From: Malacoraja senta
Taxonomy: Eukaryota
Reading direction: 5' to 3'
Assembly: GCA_038087875.1 (NCBI GenBank)
Contig: JAXLNO010000470.1
Location: forward strand, 62,001-126,000
DNA length: 64,000 nucleotides
Shown piece by piece: positions 12,479-23,715 of this stretch (positions within the stretch are counted from its first letter, which is position 1; each line of letters begins with the position of its first letter). Position numbers and translations under genes: made by a program. Under the pieces are notes generated by a model, which saw only the letters and a list, made by a program, of their open reading frames with translations, ran no database searches and had not been told where the DNA came from.

Positions 12479-12960
12479 TGTCAAGCTTGAAAGGGTACAG
12501 AAAAGATTTACGAGGATGTTGCCAGGACTAAAGGGTGTGAGCTACAGGGAGAGGTTGAGCAGGCTGGGTCTCTATTCCATGGAGCGCAGGAGGATGAGGG
12601 GTGATCTTACAGAGGTGTACAAAATCATGAGAGGAATAGATCGGGTAGATGCACAGAGTCTCTTGCCCAGAGTAGGGGAATCGAGGACAGAGGACATAGG
12701 TTCAAGATGAAGGGGAAAAGATTTAATAGGAATCCAAGGAGTAACTTTTTCACACAGAGGGTGGTGGGTGTATGGAACAAGCTGCCAGAGGAGGTAGTTG
12801 AGGCTGGGATTATCCCATCGTTTAAGAAACACTTGGACAGGTACATGGATAGGACAGGTTTGGAGGGTTATGGACCAAGCGCAGGTAGGTGGGACTAGTG
12901 TACCTGGGACATGTTGGCCGAGTTGGGCCGAAGGGCCTGTTTCCACACTGTATGACTCTA
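12479..12960 (+). mobile_element. CR1 3' fragment
   Basis: LERVQKRFTRMLPGL..RRRMRGDL..FFTQRVV; tatgactct tail. Confidence 0.9.
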
Positions 12961-13059
12961 AACACCTCCGGGCGAGTCTCCCGACAGCCGATGACCCCAC
13001 TCTCACCCTGAGCCGACCCAAAGCGTGACCATTCACCCCGGAGTCCAGAAGGTCCAAAG
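12961..13059 (+). mobile_element. Short copy of the Tx1-associated sequence at 47330-47441
   Basis: Direct sequence match. Confidence 0.6.
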
Positions 13060-13690
13060 CAAAGATCCAATAGCGGAGCAAGATAGACCGCTCGAAGAAA
13101 AACACATAGTACGGTCATGAGCAGATTCATGGGTAATTTAAGGCCCCATTTCCGTAACCAGCTTCCGTCCATCTTGCTTCCGCCCAAAGATAGGATCTTT
13201 GCTTCCGGCCTCCGCACTCGCATCTTCGCTTTGGCCATGGCGTCCACGTCAACTAGTGTTGCATTCTGCTCTGCTGTAGATTGCTCCAATCGGCAATGTA
13301 GGCGACCCGACTTGTCTTTCTTCAGGTTCCCCATTACGGAGGAGAGGTAAGAAAACATTTATTACTTCCGTGGCATATTGAAAATGTTACTTAGCCTGTT
13401 CAATCTCTCACTGTAGTTAGATCATAGAGCTCAGACAGTCGAGTCCTCATGGCAACATCCTTGTAAAAATCTTCTCCTCAAGAGCATTTTCTTTCTACCT
13501 CTGTTATTTAATGCAGAATAAGAACATATTGACTGTTTTATACTGAGAATTTTATTAAGTCTGCCCGAACTCTCACTATAGTTCAGATCTTAGAGTTCTA
13601 TATGCTAAATCCATTTCATTTGTAAACCTCTTTTAACCCCCTTTCTAACTTTTTTTATCCTTGGCGGTGTCACACAACATACAGACCGAC
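13060..13690 (+). mobile_element. 5' end of a THAP-encoding DNA transposon (P-element-like or hAT)
   Basis: Starts caaagatccaatag at the point where the paralogous segment (47441) is uninterrupted; THAP exon follows; right boundary uncertain. Confidence 0.55.
13237..13346 (+). CDS. THAP zinc-finger first exon (orphan)
   Basis: gccATGG; CSAVDCSN...DLSFFRFP..ER then gtaag donor; no second exon found. Confidence 0.8.
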
Positions 13691-13765
13691 CATTCTTACT
13701 GCTTAGCCGCAGACCAGATTCGTGAGATCGATTTTAAAAACTTACCGGAGCTTCTGGACGTCGCG

Positions 13766-13781
13766 CTGATGACGTCATCAG
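13766..13781. promoter_or_regulatory. Palindromic CRE-type site in the L1 5' UTR
   Basis: CTGATGACGTCATCAG; also at 21702-21715 and, mutated, near 41374. Confidence 0.5.
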
Positions 13782-13820
13782 TAAGCGCTTTGAATTTAAC
13801 GGAGGTTTAAAGCCTTTTAA

Positions 13821-14894
13821 ATGAAAAAATCGTCTCCTGCTCAGAGTCCTCAAAGAACAGTCACAAGACAGCTCCTGAAAAGCCAGACGAAACCTGAAGA
13901 ATTCACCTCTGAAGTGGTCCCTGAAGTGGTCGCTGAAATGACTACAAGATCCAAGACTGAATTGGCTAAAGACAAAGACAAAGAACTTGAGGAATTAAAG
14001 AAATCGGTAAGAGAAATGAAGGATGAAATTGTGGATGGAAATAATAAAATGATGGAAAAAATGATGGAAAAAATGGCAAAGATGACGGAGAATATGAGTG
14101 CTGGTAATCAGAAAGTTATTGATTCAATCGGCACCATAAATAAACGAATTGATGATGTGAAAGGAGAATTATCGGAGAGAATTGATAAGGTGGAAGAAGT
14201 CTCCACGGAGAAGTTCAAGGCTGTGCTTGAAACAGTCGCTTCAAATCTGACTACAATGAGAGAAATGGAGATATATATGGCACGAATGGCTGAAGATATG
14301 GAGAGAATGAGGCAAGAACAAGACCACACCACAAGACAGATGGCGATTCAGCTGGTGAAAGTTTCGGATAAATGCCTTGTTCTGGAAGCTCGTTCGAGAC
14401 GCCAAAATCTAAGAATTGTTGGAGTGTCAGAGGGAGCCGAGGGAATGGACATTCGTGAGTTCACTGGGGGCTTACTCAAACAACTGCTTAATCTCCCCAC
14501 TGAACCAAAAATTGAAGTGGCACATCGAGTACCGAGATTTATACCAAGATCACAAACAAGACCAGACCATCCACGACAGATCATCGTGAAATTTCGGGGC
14601 ATTTCAGACCTTGAAGAGGTGATGAGGAAAATCAAATATGGAGTGCAATTGATGTTTGATAAGGACTCTATCAAACTATTCAGGGACTATCCTTATGAAA
14701 TTGTACAAAAGCAAAATCAGTTCTCAAAGAAAAAAGACATTCTTCAAGGAATTCAAGATGTTAGATACGGTGTTTTCTATCCAGCTAAGATGCGGATTAC
14801 CTACAAGGGGAAAGAAAAATCTTTCATAAACCCAGAAGCTGCATACAAATATGCCCAAATCATCGTGGAAGAGAATGTCGCTCAAAGAAAGTAG
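13821..14894 (+). CDS. L1 ORF1p, intact (357 aa)
   Basis: Coiled coil, LEARSRRQNLRIVGVSEG, AHRV, PRQIIVKF, FRDYP, FYPAKMRI. Confidence 0.95.
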   Translation: MKKSSPAQSPQRTVTRQLLKSQTKPEEFTSEVVPEVVAEMTTRSKTELAKDKDKELEELKKSVREMKDEIVDGNNKMMEKMMEKMAKMTENMSAGNQKVIDSIGTINKRIDDVKGELSERIDKVEEVSTEKFKAVLETVASNLTTMREMEIYMARMAEDMERMRQEQDHTTRQMAIQLVKVSDKCLVLEARSRRQNLRIVGVSEGAEGMDIREFTGGLLKQLLNLPTEPKIEVAHRVPRFIPRSQTRPDHPRQIIVKFRGISDLEEVMRKIKYGVQLMFDKDSIKLFRDYPYEIVQKQNQFSKKKDILQGIQDVRYGVFYPAKMRITYKGKEKSFINPEAAYKYAQIIVEENVAQRK

Positions 14895-15641
14895 GGGGAA
14901 GGTATGGACAAATCTTTCTCTTTATTATTCCACAGTCATCGGCTGAACAGAAGTGAAGAAACAGTTCTTTTAGTACTTTAAAAAAAAAAACTAAGATGGA
15001 GAAATTATCCATGTGCTCTTGTCTAGACTCTTTATCTGTGGAATTTTAATTCAAGGACATTCTGTGTTCCAAGCGAAGTAAACAGAGAATAACAGGGGAA
15101 CGACAAACCGAAGAGCAGAATGTGGAATCCACCAGAAGCAATTACTGTTGTTTTAGAGATTAAAATACTAACTTAAATCGCACAGAACTAATCCTTTTAA
15201 CAATATTAATATAGAAATAGTAATGGATGCTAACAAGAATTGCAGAATGGGGAAGAATTTAGATAAGTATTACAAAGAGGGAACATCCCTTTTATAGAGA
15301 GCGATAGTTGATAAGGAAATAACTAATAACAAATTTAAGAACTAACACATAAAATTTAATAAATTTGTCTTATCTATAATTGGGGGGAGGGGAGGAGAAA
15401 CGGGCACCTGGCCCAGATCCTGGAGCAGGTTTCAGGTTAACCCCTTCAACCAACAGTTGATTATTATTGAAGGTAAAACCATACGTTTAAACACTTAGTA
15501 GATAAAATTGTTATATATATATGATGTCATAACGAAATATATACATATATGGTAAATGGGTGCTTTACATCTGATTTTGAGGTCCCGTTCCACTATGCTA
15601 TGAGTAATCAAGGGAGCAGAGCTAATTGTTTAATATCGACA

Positions 15642-15908
15642 ATGGAAGTCGATACAACGTTTTCTCCCACCTACGGGTGGGCCACTTGTTACAGTGTCGA
15701 CAAGTTTAGACACTGTATTTTCACTTTTCCAATTTTTTTTAAATCACAACAAGTCACATGCTTGTGTTTTTTGTTTAAGGATAATCGCAAAAGGGATCTA
15801 CCAATTGAACTTTGTAGCGCAAAGGTTCCCCCAATATCTAAAGACCTGAGGTTCGGATGCACCGTAAGATTTAAGGGTATTAAAACCATTCAAAATGCAA
15901 GACATTAA
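15642..15908 (+). CDS. Putative L1 inter-ORF protein (ORFx), 88 aa, copy B
   Basis: acaATGG start; open homologues in copies C and D; stop just past the ORF2 ATG at 15895. Confidence 0.45.
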   Translation: MEVDTTFSPTYGWATCYSVDKFRHCIFTFPIFFKSQQVTCLCFLFKDNRKRDLPIELCSAKVPPISKDLRFGCTVRFKGIKTIQNARH

Positions 15909-16422
15909 ACAAAAGAAACTGGGAGGAGTCACATTCTGTAGTTGGAACATAAGAGGTGTTAATTAACCTATTAAAAGGGGTAAGATATTAGCTCAGCTGA
16001 AATTGTACAATACTGATATCATCTTTCTACAAGAAACCCATCTCAAATCCCTGGATCAGGCTAGATTGAGGGCAAATTGGATAGGCCAAATATATCATTC
16101 TTCATTTACTTCGAATTCTAGAGGTACGTCAATCATTATTCGTAAAGGCATACCATTTAAAGCAAAGAATACCATAACAGATAAGGAAGGGAGATATTTG
16201 ATAGTTACCGGAGAGATCCACGCTTCCCCACTCACCTTGGTAAATATATACGCGCCCAACTTTGATAATCCTCATTTTTTCAATAAAATCTTGAATATAA
16301 TCGCAGAATCTAATTACCAAAATGTTATAATTGGAGGAGATTTTAATTGTGTTTTAGATCCGTATTTAGATAAATCTAGGCAAAAACAGAGAGGTAATAC
16401 AAAATCTAAAACTAGTGAACTC
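15895..16422 (+). pseudogene. L1 ORF2 APE endonuclease N-terminal part (copy B)
   Basis: SWNIRG, FLQETHL, NIYAPN, GGDFNCVLD; one stop at 15964. Confidence 0.92.
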
Positions 16423-16776
16423 AATTCGGGAAGGCTAAAGAGCTCTTAAGAGGGAAACAAGGTGTCAGATACGGTGTTTTTTATCCAGCCAAAATGCGTA
16501 TTTCTTTTAATGGTTCTGAAAAGTCATTTGTAAAACCTGAGGATGCGTATAAATATGCCCAGGGGCGCGTCTCGTTAACCCCTTCAACCAACAGTTGACT
16601 ATTATTGAAGCTAAAATCATTTGTTTAATAATTAGTAGCTAAAATTGCGATATATATATATGATATGTTATAATGAAATATATAGGGTAAAATTGTATTA
16701 TATATCTGAATGTGAGGCCCCGTTCTAATATGTTATGATTAACCAAGAGAGCAGAGTTATTTGTTTAACACCAACA

Positions 16777-17031
16777 ATGGAAGTCGAAACAAGGTTTTCT
16801 CCCACCTACAGGTGGGCCACTTGTTACAGTGTCGACTATTTCACTTTTTTTTCTTTTTTTAAATTATCACATAAACTCACATGTTTGTGTTTTGTGTTTA
16901 GTGATAAGCGTAAAAGGGATATACCAACAAAACCTAGAAATTCAAAGGTTCCCCCAATACCCAAAGACCTGGGATATGGACGCACCACAAGATTTAAAGG
17001 TACTATAATTATTCAAAATGCAAGATGCTAA
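16777..17031 (+). CDS. Putative L1 ORFx, 84 aa, copy C
   Basis: Homologue of 15642-15908 with an in-frame 5-codon deletion; overlaps the ORF2 ATG at 17018. Confidence 0.45.
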   Translation: MEVETRFSPTYRWATCYSVDYFTFFSFFKLSHKLTCLCFVFSDKRKRDIPTKPRNSKVPPIPKDLGYGRTTRFKGTIIIQNARC

Positions 17032-17527
17032 ACAAAAGAACCTAGGAGGAGTCTCATTCTGTAGTTGGAATATAAGAGGTATTAACGAACCTATTAAAAG
17101 GGGTAAGATACTAGCTCAGCTGAAACTGTACAATTCTGACATTATCTTCTTACAAGAAACTCATCTAAAATCTCATGATCAAGCTAGGTTGAGGGCAAAA
17201 TGGATAGGTCAAACATACCATTCTTCATTTACTTCGAAATCTAGAGGTACGTCAATCATTATAAGAAAAGGTATACCATTCAAAGCAAAGAATACCATAC
17301 CAGACATTGAAGGGAGATATTTGAAGGGTCGTGCCATCATACTGCCGAACCCCTCGGCACAGGAGTGGTGCAGTCCGGAGGCGGCCCTTAGCCGGAGGGT
17401 TTAAAAGGCAGGGGTTTGGGTGCCATCTTCCTCTAGTTTCGTCCTCCCTACAACCGGGAGGAATATAATAAAGGTGCTTCTCGAAACTCTGGACTTCGTG
17501 CCTCCTTTCGAGACCCACGCACCACAT

Positions 17528-17541
17528 TGGTGACCCCGACG
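17528..17541 (+). promoter_or_regulatory. Primer binding site, tRNA-Trp type
   Basis: TGGTGACCCCGACG directly after the LTR. Confidence 0.85.
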
Positions 17542-17554
17542 CTCCATTAGCGTC

Positions 17555-19050
17555 ATGATGGAGGGACGAGAAAACCCTGCCCCCTCACACGCCAGCCCGG
17601 CCCGGGCTCTAGACGCAGTCGCTGTTAAGCTGCCCAACTTCTGGACCACCCGGCCGCTCATCTGGTTCCAGCAGGCGGAGGCCCAGTTCAACCTGCGGGG
17701 CATCACGGTCGATGCCACCCGCTTCTATTACCTGGTGGGAGCCCTCGACCAGGATGCAGTTGAAGAGGTCACGGACTTCCTCGCAGACCCCCCGAACGAT
17801 GATAAATACCTCGGCCTGAAAGAGCTCCTGCTCCACATTTACGGACTGAGTAGGATGGAGCGGGCAGGTAGGATCCTGCATATGGGGGGCCTGGGCGACC
17901 GATGGCCATCTACCCTCCTAAAGGAGATGGTGGCGCTACTAGACGGGCACACGCCGTGCGTGTTGTTTGAATACACCTACCTGCATCTGCTGCCGGCCTA
18001 CATTTGGTTGCAGCTCACCGACGTCTCGTTTGCCGACCTTCGGGCCCTTGGGAGGCGCGCCGACGCCCTGTAGATGGCGTGCCCTGATGACGTCAGCGCG
18101 CTGGGCATCAGCAGAGACGGGGTCGCGCTGAGGTCAACGCGCCCTGATGACGTCAACGCGCTGGCCGTCAGCAGGCACGCCGATGACGTCACCCCAGCAG
18201 CTCCCGATTTCCTCCGGTGGGGCGGGGGAGCGGTGGAAGGAGTGACAGCTCCAGCCCGACGGCCCGTACGATCACCCCCAGCGGCAGTGAGGCGTACTGC
18301 ACCTGCAGTCCAGCGTCAACAGGCTGCAGGCACCACCAGCAGGAGCAGGCAAGCTCCAAGTAGCACCAACACGAGGAACTGGTGCTACTACCATCAGCTC
18401 TGGGGTGCTGCAGCACGACAATGCCGCCAGCCGTGCATGTTCCCGGGAAACCCCTGGGCCGGCTGCCAATACTCCCAGCGGCGGCCGGCCAAATTCACCG
18501 CCTTTTCGCCTGGGATCGGCGCTCCGGGACCCGCTTCCTCGTGGATACTGGAGCGGAGCTCAGCGTCCTGCCCCCTTCGCTGGCCGACATTCGTTCCGGT
18601 AAGCAGGGGCCCGTCCTCACCGCGGCGAACGGCAGCCCCATCCGTACATATGGACTGCGCATGGTTCCCATCGTGCTCGGCTCCTGTCATTTCTCGTGGC
18701 AGTTCACTATCGCTGATGTCTCCCAACCATTGCTCGGGGCCGATTTCCTCCGGGCGCATTCCCTCATGGTGGACGTCGGGCGTCAGCGTTTGGTCAACGC
18801 CACTACGATGGAGCCGATCACGTTGCGAGTGGATCAACTGGTGGGATGGCCACTGGCGTCCGTGGACTCCCGATTCGCGCGGATCTTGGCTGCGTTCCCG
18901 GACATTCTCCATGCGCAGTTTCAATCAGCAACCCCCAGCCACGGGGTGTTGCATTATATCCCAACTACCGGCCCACCACTCCATGCACGAGGACGGCGAC
19001 TGCCGCCAGACAAACTGTGTCTGGCACGGCGGAAATTCCGCACGATGGAC
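17555..19050 (+). pseudogene. Gypsy gag (one TAG at 18071) and protease in the -1 frame
   Basis: VAVKLPNFW..WFQQAEAQF; CHCC; GGGAAAC slip site at 18445; VDTGA..LLGADFL. Confidence 0.88.
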
Positions 19051-21039
19051 CGTTTGAAGCCGGCACACCTGGACATTGCCCAACCTCGGCCTCGAGGGCG
19101 CCCCCCTTCACGGCTCCCTCCGCCTGTCACTCCACCTGTCCTCCCGCCGGTCCCTCGTCCTGTCCCTCCACCTATGCCTCCGCAAGCCCCACGAGCGGCT
19201 AACTTCCGCACGCGGGCCGGCCGGGTCGTTCGCCCGCCGGTGCGTTTCGTGCCTCTGGTTCTGGGGGGGGGGGGTCCTGTGGCGGCTCCCAAGGGTCGTG
19301 CCATCATAGTGTCGAACCCCTCGGCACAGGAGTGGTTCAGTCCGGAGGCGGCCCTTAGCCGGAGGCTTTAAAGGCAGGGGTTTGGGTGCCATCTTCCTCT
19401 CGTTTGGTCTTCCCTAGAACTGGGAGGAACCTAATAAAAAGTGCTTCTCGAAATACGACTTTGTGCTTCATTCCGAGACCCACGCACTACACTATGGGTT
19501 AATAACTGGAAAAAAGTTAATCCTAAAATTCTGGAAAAACGCTCCAATATCAATTATAAACATGTGGATTTCAAATATGTTCGAAACATTACACCTAGAA
19601 GAGATAAGACTCCTCCTGGCAGGTAAACCAGATCACTTCCACCTGACGTGGTCTGCATTTATAGAATTATTACAAGTATAGGGTGCAAAAGTACTAAAAA
19701 AAACTGAGGTCAGGTAAGGGGGGATGAAAGCTGGAGAGTTGGTATGTCCCATTTGCGTGATGCTTATAAAAAAGTACTTGTTTTTCTCTTTTCCCTCTTT
19801 CTCTTTTTTCTTCTTTTTTAGGGTCTATTTCCTAACTCTTTCCTTTTGTTTTTAATTTCTTTTTTATAGGGTCTTTGTCTTTTGTTTTTGTTTTTTGTTG
19901 TCACGTTTTTTACACCTTCACTTTTTTCCTTCAATTTCTTCTTTCTCTCAATCTCATCCTTTCCCTTTATTAGTGTAGAAAATAAACGGAGTACATTAAT
20001 TATAATAAGATATATGTGATGAGTACTAGTGTAATTGGTTGTAATGTAATGTACTTCTAATAAATAAAAATAAAAAAAAATAAATAAAAAAAAATCGAGT
20101 GAACTCTTAAATACATACATAAGAAATACCAATATAACAGATGTTTGGAGGATCGCGAATCCGACCGGCAGGGAATACTCGTTTTATTCAATGGTACACA
20201 AAACATACTCACGTATAGATTATTTCCTGGTGGATACAAAATTAATCCCCTATACTTCGAACCCAAAATACCATACCAACACCATCTCAGATCACTCTCC
20301 GCTAACTTTCTTTTAAAAATTGGAAGGAATGTCTAAAACCCCTGTTACACTGTGCGAGCTGACCCACGAGGTGCCCCGAGTTTAAAACAAATTTAACTCG
20401 TGGTAACCACGTACAATTAACGTAGCGGGAACGTCGGAACTCGTGGACGCAACTTAGCGACTCGTGGCGCTAACGGCAGGTACCCGTGAAACTTGTTAAC
20501 TTGAAAAAGTTCAAACATGCTTGAACTTTTCCACGAGTTAAATGTACTCTTGAGGTTAATATTTGAAACATTTCAACTCGTTGTAAGAACGCAGTGGCCC
20601 GTGCGTTTACCTTTGTGACTCGTGATTCTACCGTGGGAACTCTTTTTAGAAACAATAATCAGGGACAGAAATATCAGTTACTTAGACTTTTTAAAGACAA
20701 ATTCTGCTTAACAAAGTAAAAGTTATTGATAAGGTGACAGAGTGGGTTGAAAAGAAAAAATTGCTTGAAGTTTATATATAGATTTTGTGTATTTGGGACT
20801 GAGGTCACAACCTTAAGACAAACCAGTATTGAGGAACAGCGTGAGAACATTTTATGACACTTCATGGCAGCCTAATCTGAGGTTTGCCAGTCACGTCCAG
20901 AAGCCATCTCTACCAGTGCTGTTGAAGAAGACAGGGTTGTGTTCACCTCTCCTGCACCCCTGTTCCGTAGGACAACACCAACTCTTTCATTATGCATTTG
21001 TATTATCTGCTCACGGGGTGAAAGGAGAGGAAGGAATGG

Positions 21040-21245
21040 TACGTTGGCTGCTTCCCGAAGCAGGTCGAAGTGTAGATTGAGTTGATAGGGGGAAAGCTGG
21101 CCTGTGTAATAGACTGCACTACATTTGCAAGTCTCTGTAATATATACTGCGCTCTAGGGCAAAGCTGCTCCCAAAACAGGCATTGATGCATCACAATATG
21201 ATGCTTTGTACGATGTAGACTGTGGAAGCTGGTAGGCTGCCCAGG
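21040..21245 (-). mobile_element. Old Rex1-type RT C-terminal fragment
   Basis: LQRLANVVQSITQASFPPINSIYTSTCFGK on the minus strand. Confidence 0.6.
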
Positions 21246-21755
21246 CAATCAGACATGACTCTGGTGACTCTCATGTGCACTCTGAACTCGTCAGCTGGAC
21301 AGAGGAAAAAAAAGTGAGTAAAAAAAAGGTGACTTCAACATCAGCATGTGACCTGGGTCAATCTTGGGCGTTTCACCTCATTGCTGGTGAGTCTTTTTGA
21401 TAAGAAGCTTGCTAGAGATGGCTCCCAGAAAAGTTCAACGAAAGGGAAGAGCAGAGGCTTACAAAAAACCTGTCATGGAGGCTATAGTCATACAGGAGGA
21501 GGAGGAGGAGAGGCAACAGGAGATTCAACGGGAGATTCAACAGGAGATTCAACAGGAGATTCAACTTCCGGTGGCGCCATGTTGGACTAACAGACGTGCA
21601 CCTAGCTCCTCTCCCGAAAAATTTCACGATTTATCGTGTAAAACGGGTCCAGAAATCGGGATTGTTTTAAAAAACCTTACCGGAGCTTCTGGTCGCCGCG
21701 CTGATGACGTCATCATTAAGCGCGATGTTTTAAACGGTGGTTTAAAGCCCTTTAA

Positions 21756-22870
21756 ATGAGTAAACTGCCTCCAGCTGTGAGCCCTCAGAGATCAGTGAAA
21801 AAGCTGCTGAGAGACCAGAAGACGTCTGAAGCAGAAGTTACCTCTGAAGTCTCTGAAGTCTCTGAAGTGGCTGCAGAAATGGATACAAGATCTAAGAAAG
21901 AGTTTGATGACTTGAAGAAATCAGTGAAAAATATGAAAGATGAGATTTTGGATGAAAATAAAATTATGATGGAAAATATGAAGGAAAATATGAAGGAAAA
22001 CATGGGAAATATGATGGAAAAAATGGAAAAGATGATGAAGGATTTAAATGCTGGTAATCAGAAGGCTATGGATGCTAGCAATCAGAAGATGATTGATTCA
22101 CTGGACATTATGAATAAACGAATTGAAGAGGTGAAAGATGGACTATCAGAGAGAATGGACAAGATGGATGAAACTACTACGGACAGGTTCACGGCTGTGC
22201 TTGAAACAGTAGCTGCAAGTATGCGCACAATTACGGAATTGGAGAAAAACACGGCTCGAGTGGTTGAAGACATGGCGAAAATGAGGCAAGAACATGAGCA
22301 AATGAGGCGAGAAAATGAACAAACTTCACTACAGATGGTGACTCAACTTGGTAAAGTTTCAGAAAATGCCTGGACCTGGAAGCTCGCTCTAGACGTCAGA
22401 ATTTGAGAATTCTTGGAGTCTCAGAGGGAGCCGAGGGGGAGGATGTGCGTGAGTTTGCCATGGGCTTGCTTAAACAACTGCTGAATCTTTCCAAAGAACC
22501 GAAAATCGAAGTGGCTCATCGTGTCCCAAGATTTAAACAAAGATCTGGTGCGGGAAAAACATATCCACGACATATTATTGTGAAATTTCGGGATATTTTA
22601 GAACTGGAAGATGTTATGAGCAAAATCAAACACGGTGTGCAACTGCGGCTGGACAATGACACTATTAAGATATTCAGGGACTACCCATATGAAATTGTGC
22701 AAAAAAGAAACAAATTCGAGAAGGTTAAGGATCTTTTAAGAGGGAGAGAAGGGATCAGATATGGGATTTTTTTATCCTGCGAAAATGCGTATTTCCTTCA
22801 AGGTTCTGAAAAGTCATTTGTTAAGCCTGAAGACGCGTTTAAATATGCCCAAACTATCGTTGAAAAATAG
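21756..22870 (+). pseudogene. L1 ORF1p with frameshifts
   Basis: Homologous to 13821-14894; shifts near 22365 and 22770-22800. Confidence 0.92.
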
Positions 22871-23451
22871 AAATCAAAGGGGGTTGGCAGATCTGAACCA
22901 TTCTAAGCAATGCTTTGTCTGGGATAGCTAGACTGTTATCTTTGGAATGTTGAATCAAGGACACTTTCTGTTCAAAACGAGTAAACAGCTGAACAGACGG
23001 GAATGGTATATACCAGAAGCATTTACTTGTATATTAGATTATAATATTAAAACCAATTGTAAGAATTTATCCTATTAACAACTTAATAAGTTATGCATGT
23101 TAGATTAGAATACTAACAAAAACAAAAATAGAAAATAATGAACTAACATACTAATATGAATTTTTAATAAATTGAAACCTTATCTATAAGTGGGAGGAGG
23201 GGATGAGAAACGAGCACCTGGCTTAGGCCCAGGGGCACGTCTCGTTAACCACTTCAACCAACAGTTGATTCTTATTGAAGTCAAAAATATCGGTTTAATA
23301 ATTAGTAGTTAAAATTGCGATAAATATATGATATGTTATAATGAAATATATAGGGTAAAATTGTATTATATATCTGAATGTGAGGCCCCGTTTTAATATT
23401 ATAATATGTTATGATTAACCAAGAGAGCGGAGCTATTTGTTTAACAACACA

Positions 23452-23715
23452 ATGGAAGTCAAAACAAGGTTTTTTCCCACCTACAGGTGGGACACTCGCT
23501 ACAGTGACGACTATATCAGACACTGTATTTTCACTTTTTTAGTTTTTTTTTTATTATCACATAAAATCACATGTTTGTGTCTTGTGTTTAGTGATAAGCG
23601 TAAAATGGATATACCAACAAAACTTAAAAATTCAAAAGTTCCCCCAATACCCAAAGACCTGGGATATGGATGCACCACAAGATTTAAAGGTACTATAATT
23701 ATTCAAAATGCATGA
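23452..23715 (+). CDS. Putative L1 ORFx, 87 aa, copy D
   Basis: acaATGG start; ends ATGCATGA over the ORF2 start at 23708. Confidence 0.45.
   Translation: MEVKTRFFPTYRWDTRYSDDYIRHCIFTFLVFFLLSHKITCLCLVFSDKRKMDIPTKLKNSKVPPIPKDLGYGCTTRFKGTIIIQNA

Larger units (their letters stand above)
17324..19491 (+). mobile_element. CsRN1-lineage Gypsy LTR element lacking RT, RNase H and most of integrase
   Basis: LTRs 17324-17526 (first 13 bp lost) and 19278-19491; PPT 19263-19274; CHCC gag motif CYYH-x9-C-x3-C; protease FLVDTGA. Confidence 0.93.
16423..20094 (+). mobile_element. L1 copy C, 5'-truncated and internally deleted, inserted in copy B
   Basis: agtgaactc repeated at 16414-16422 and 20098-20106; ORF1 end, spacer, EN start (17018), ORF2 end (19492-19681), polyA. 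Confidence 0.88.

Noticed and set aside
13237..13346. Host THAP12 or THAP9 gene
   Set aside because: Single orphan exon inside an insertion absent from the paralogous segment; no gene symbol is justified.
21397..21759. MADF-L1 5' UTR fusion ORF
   Set aside because: Chance read-through at the insertion junction; it stops before any functional domain.
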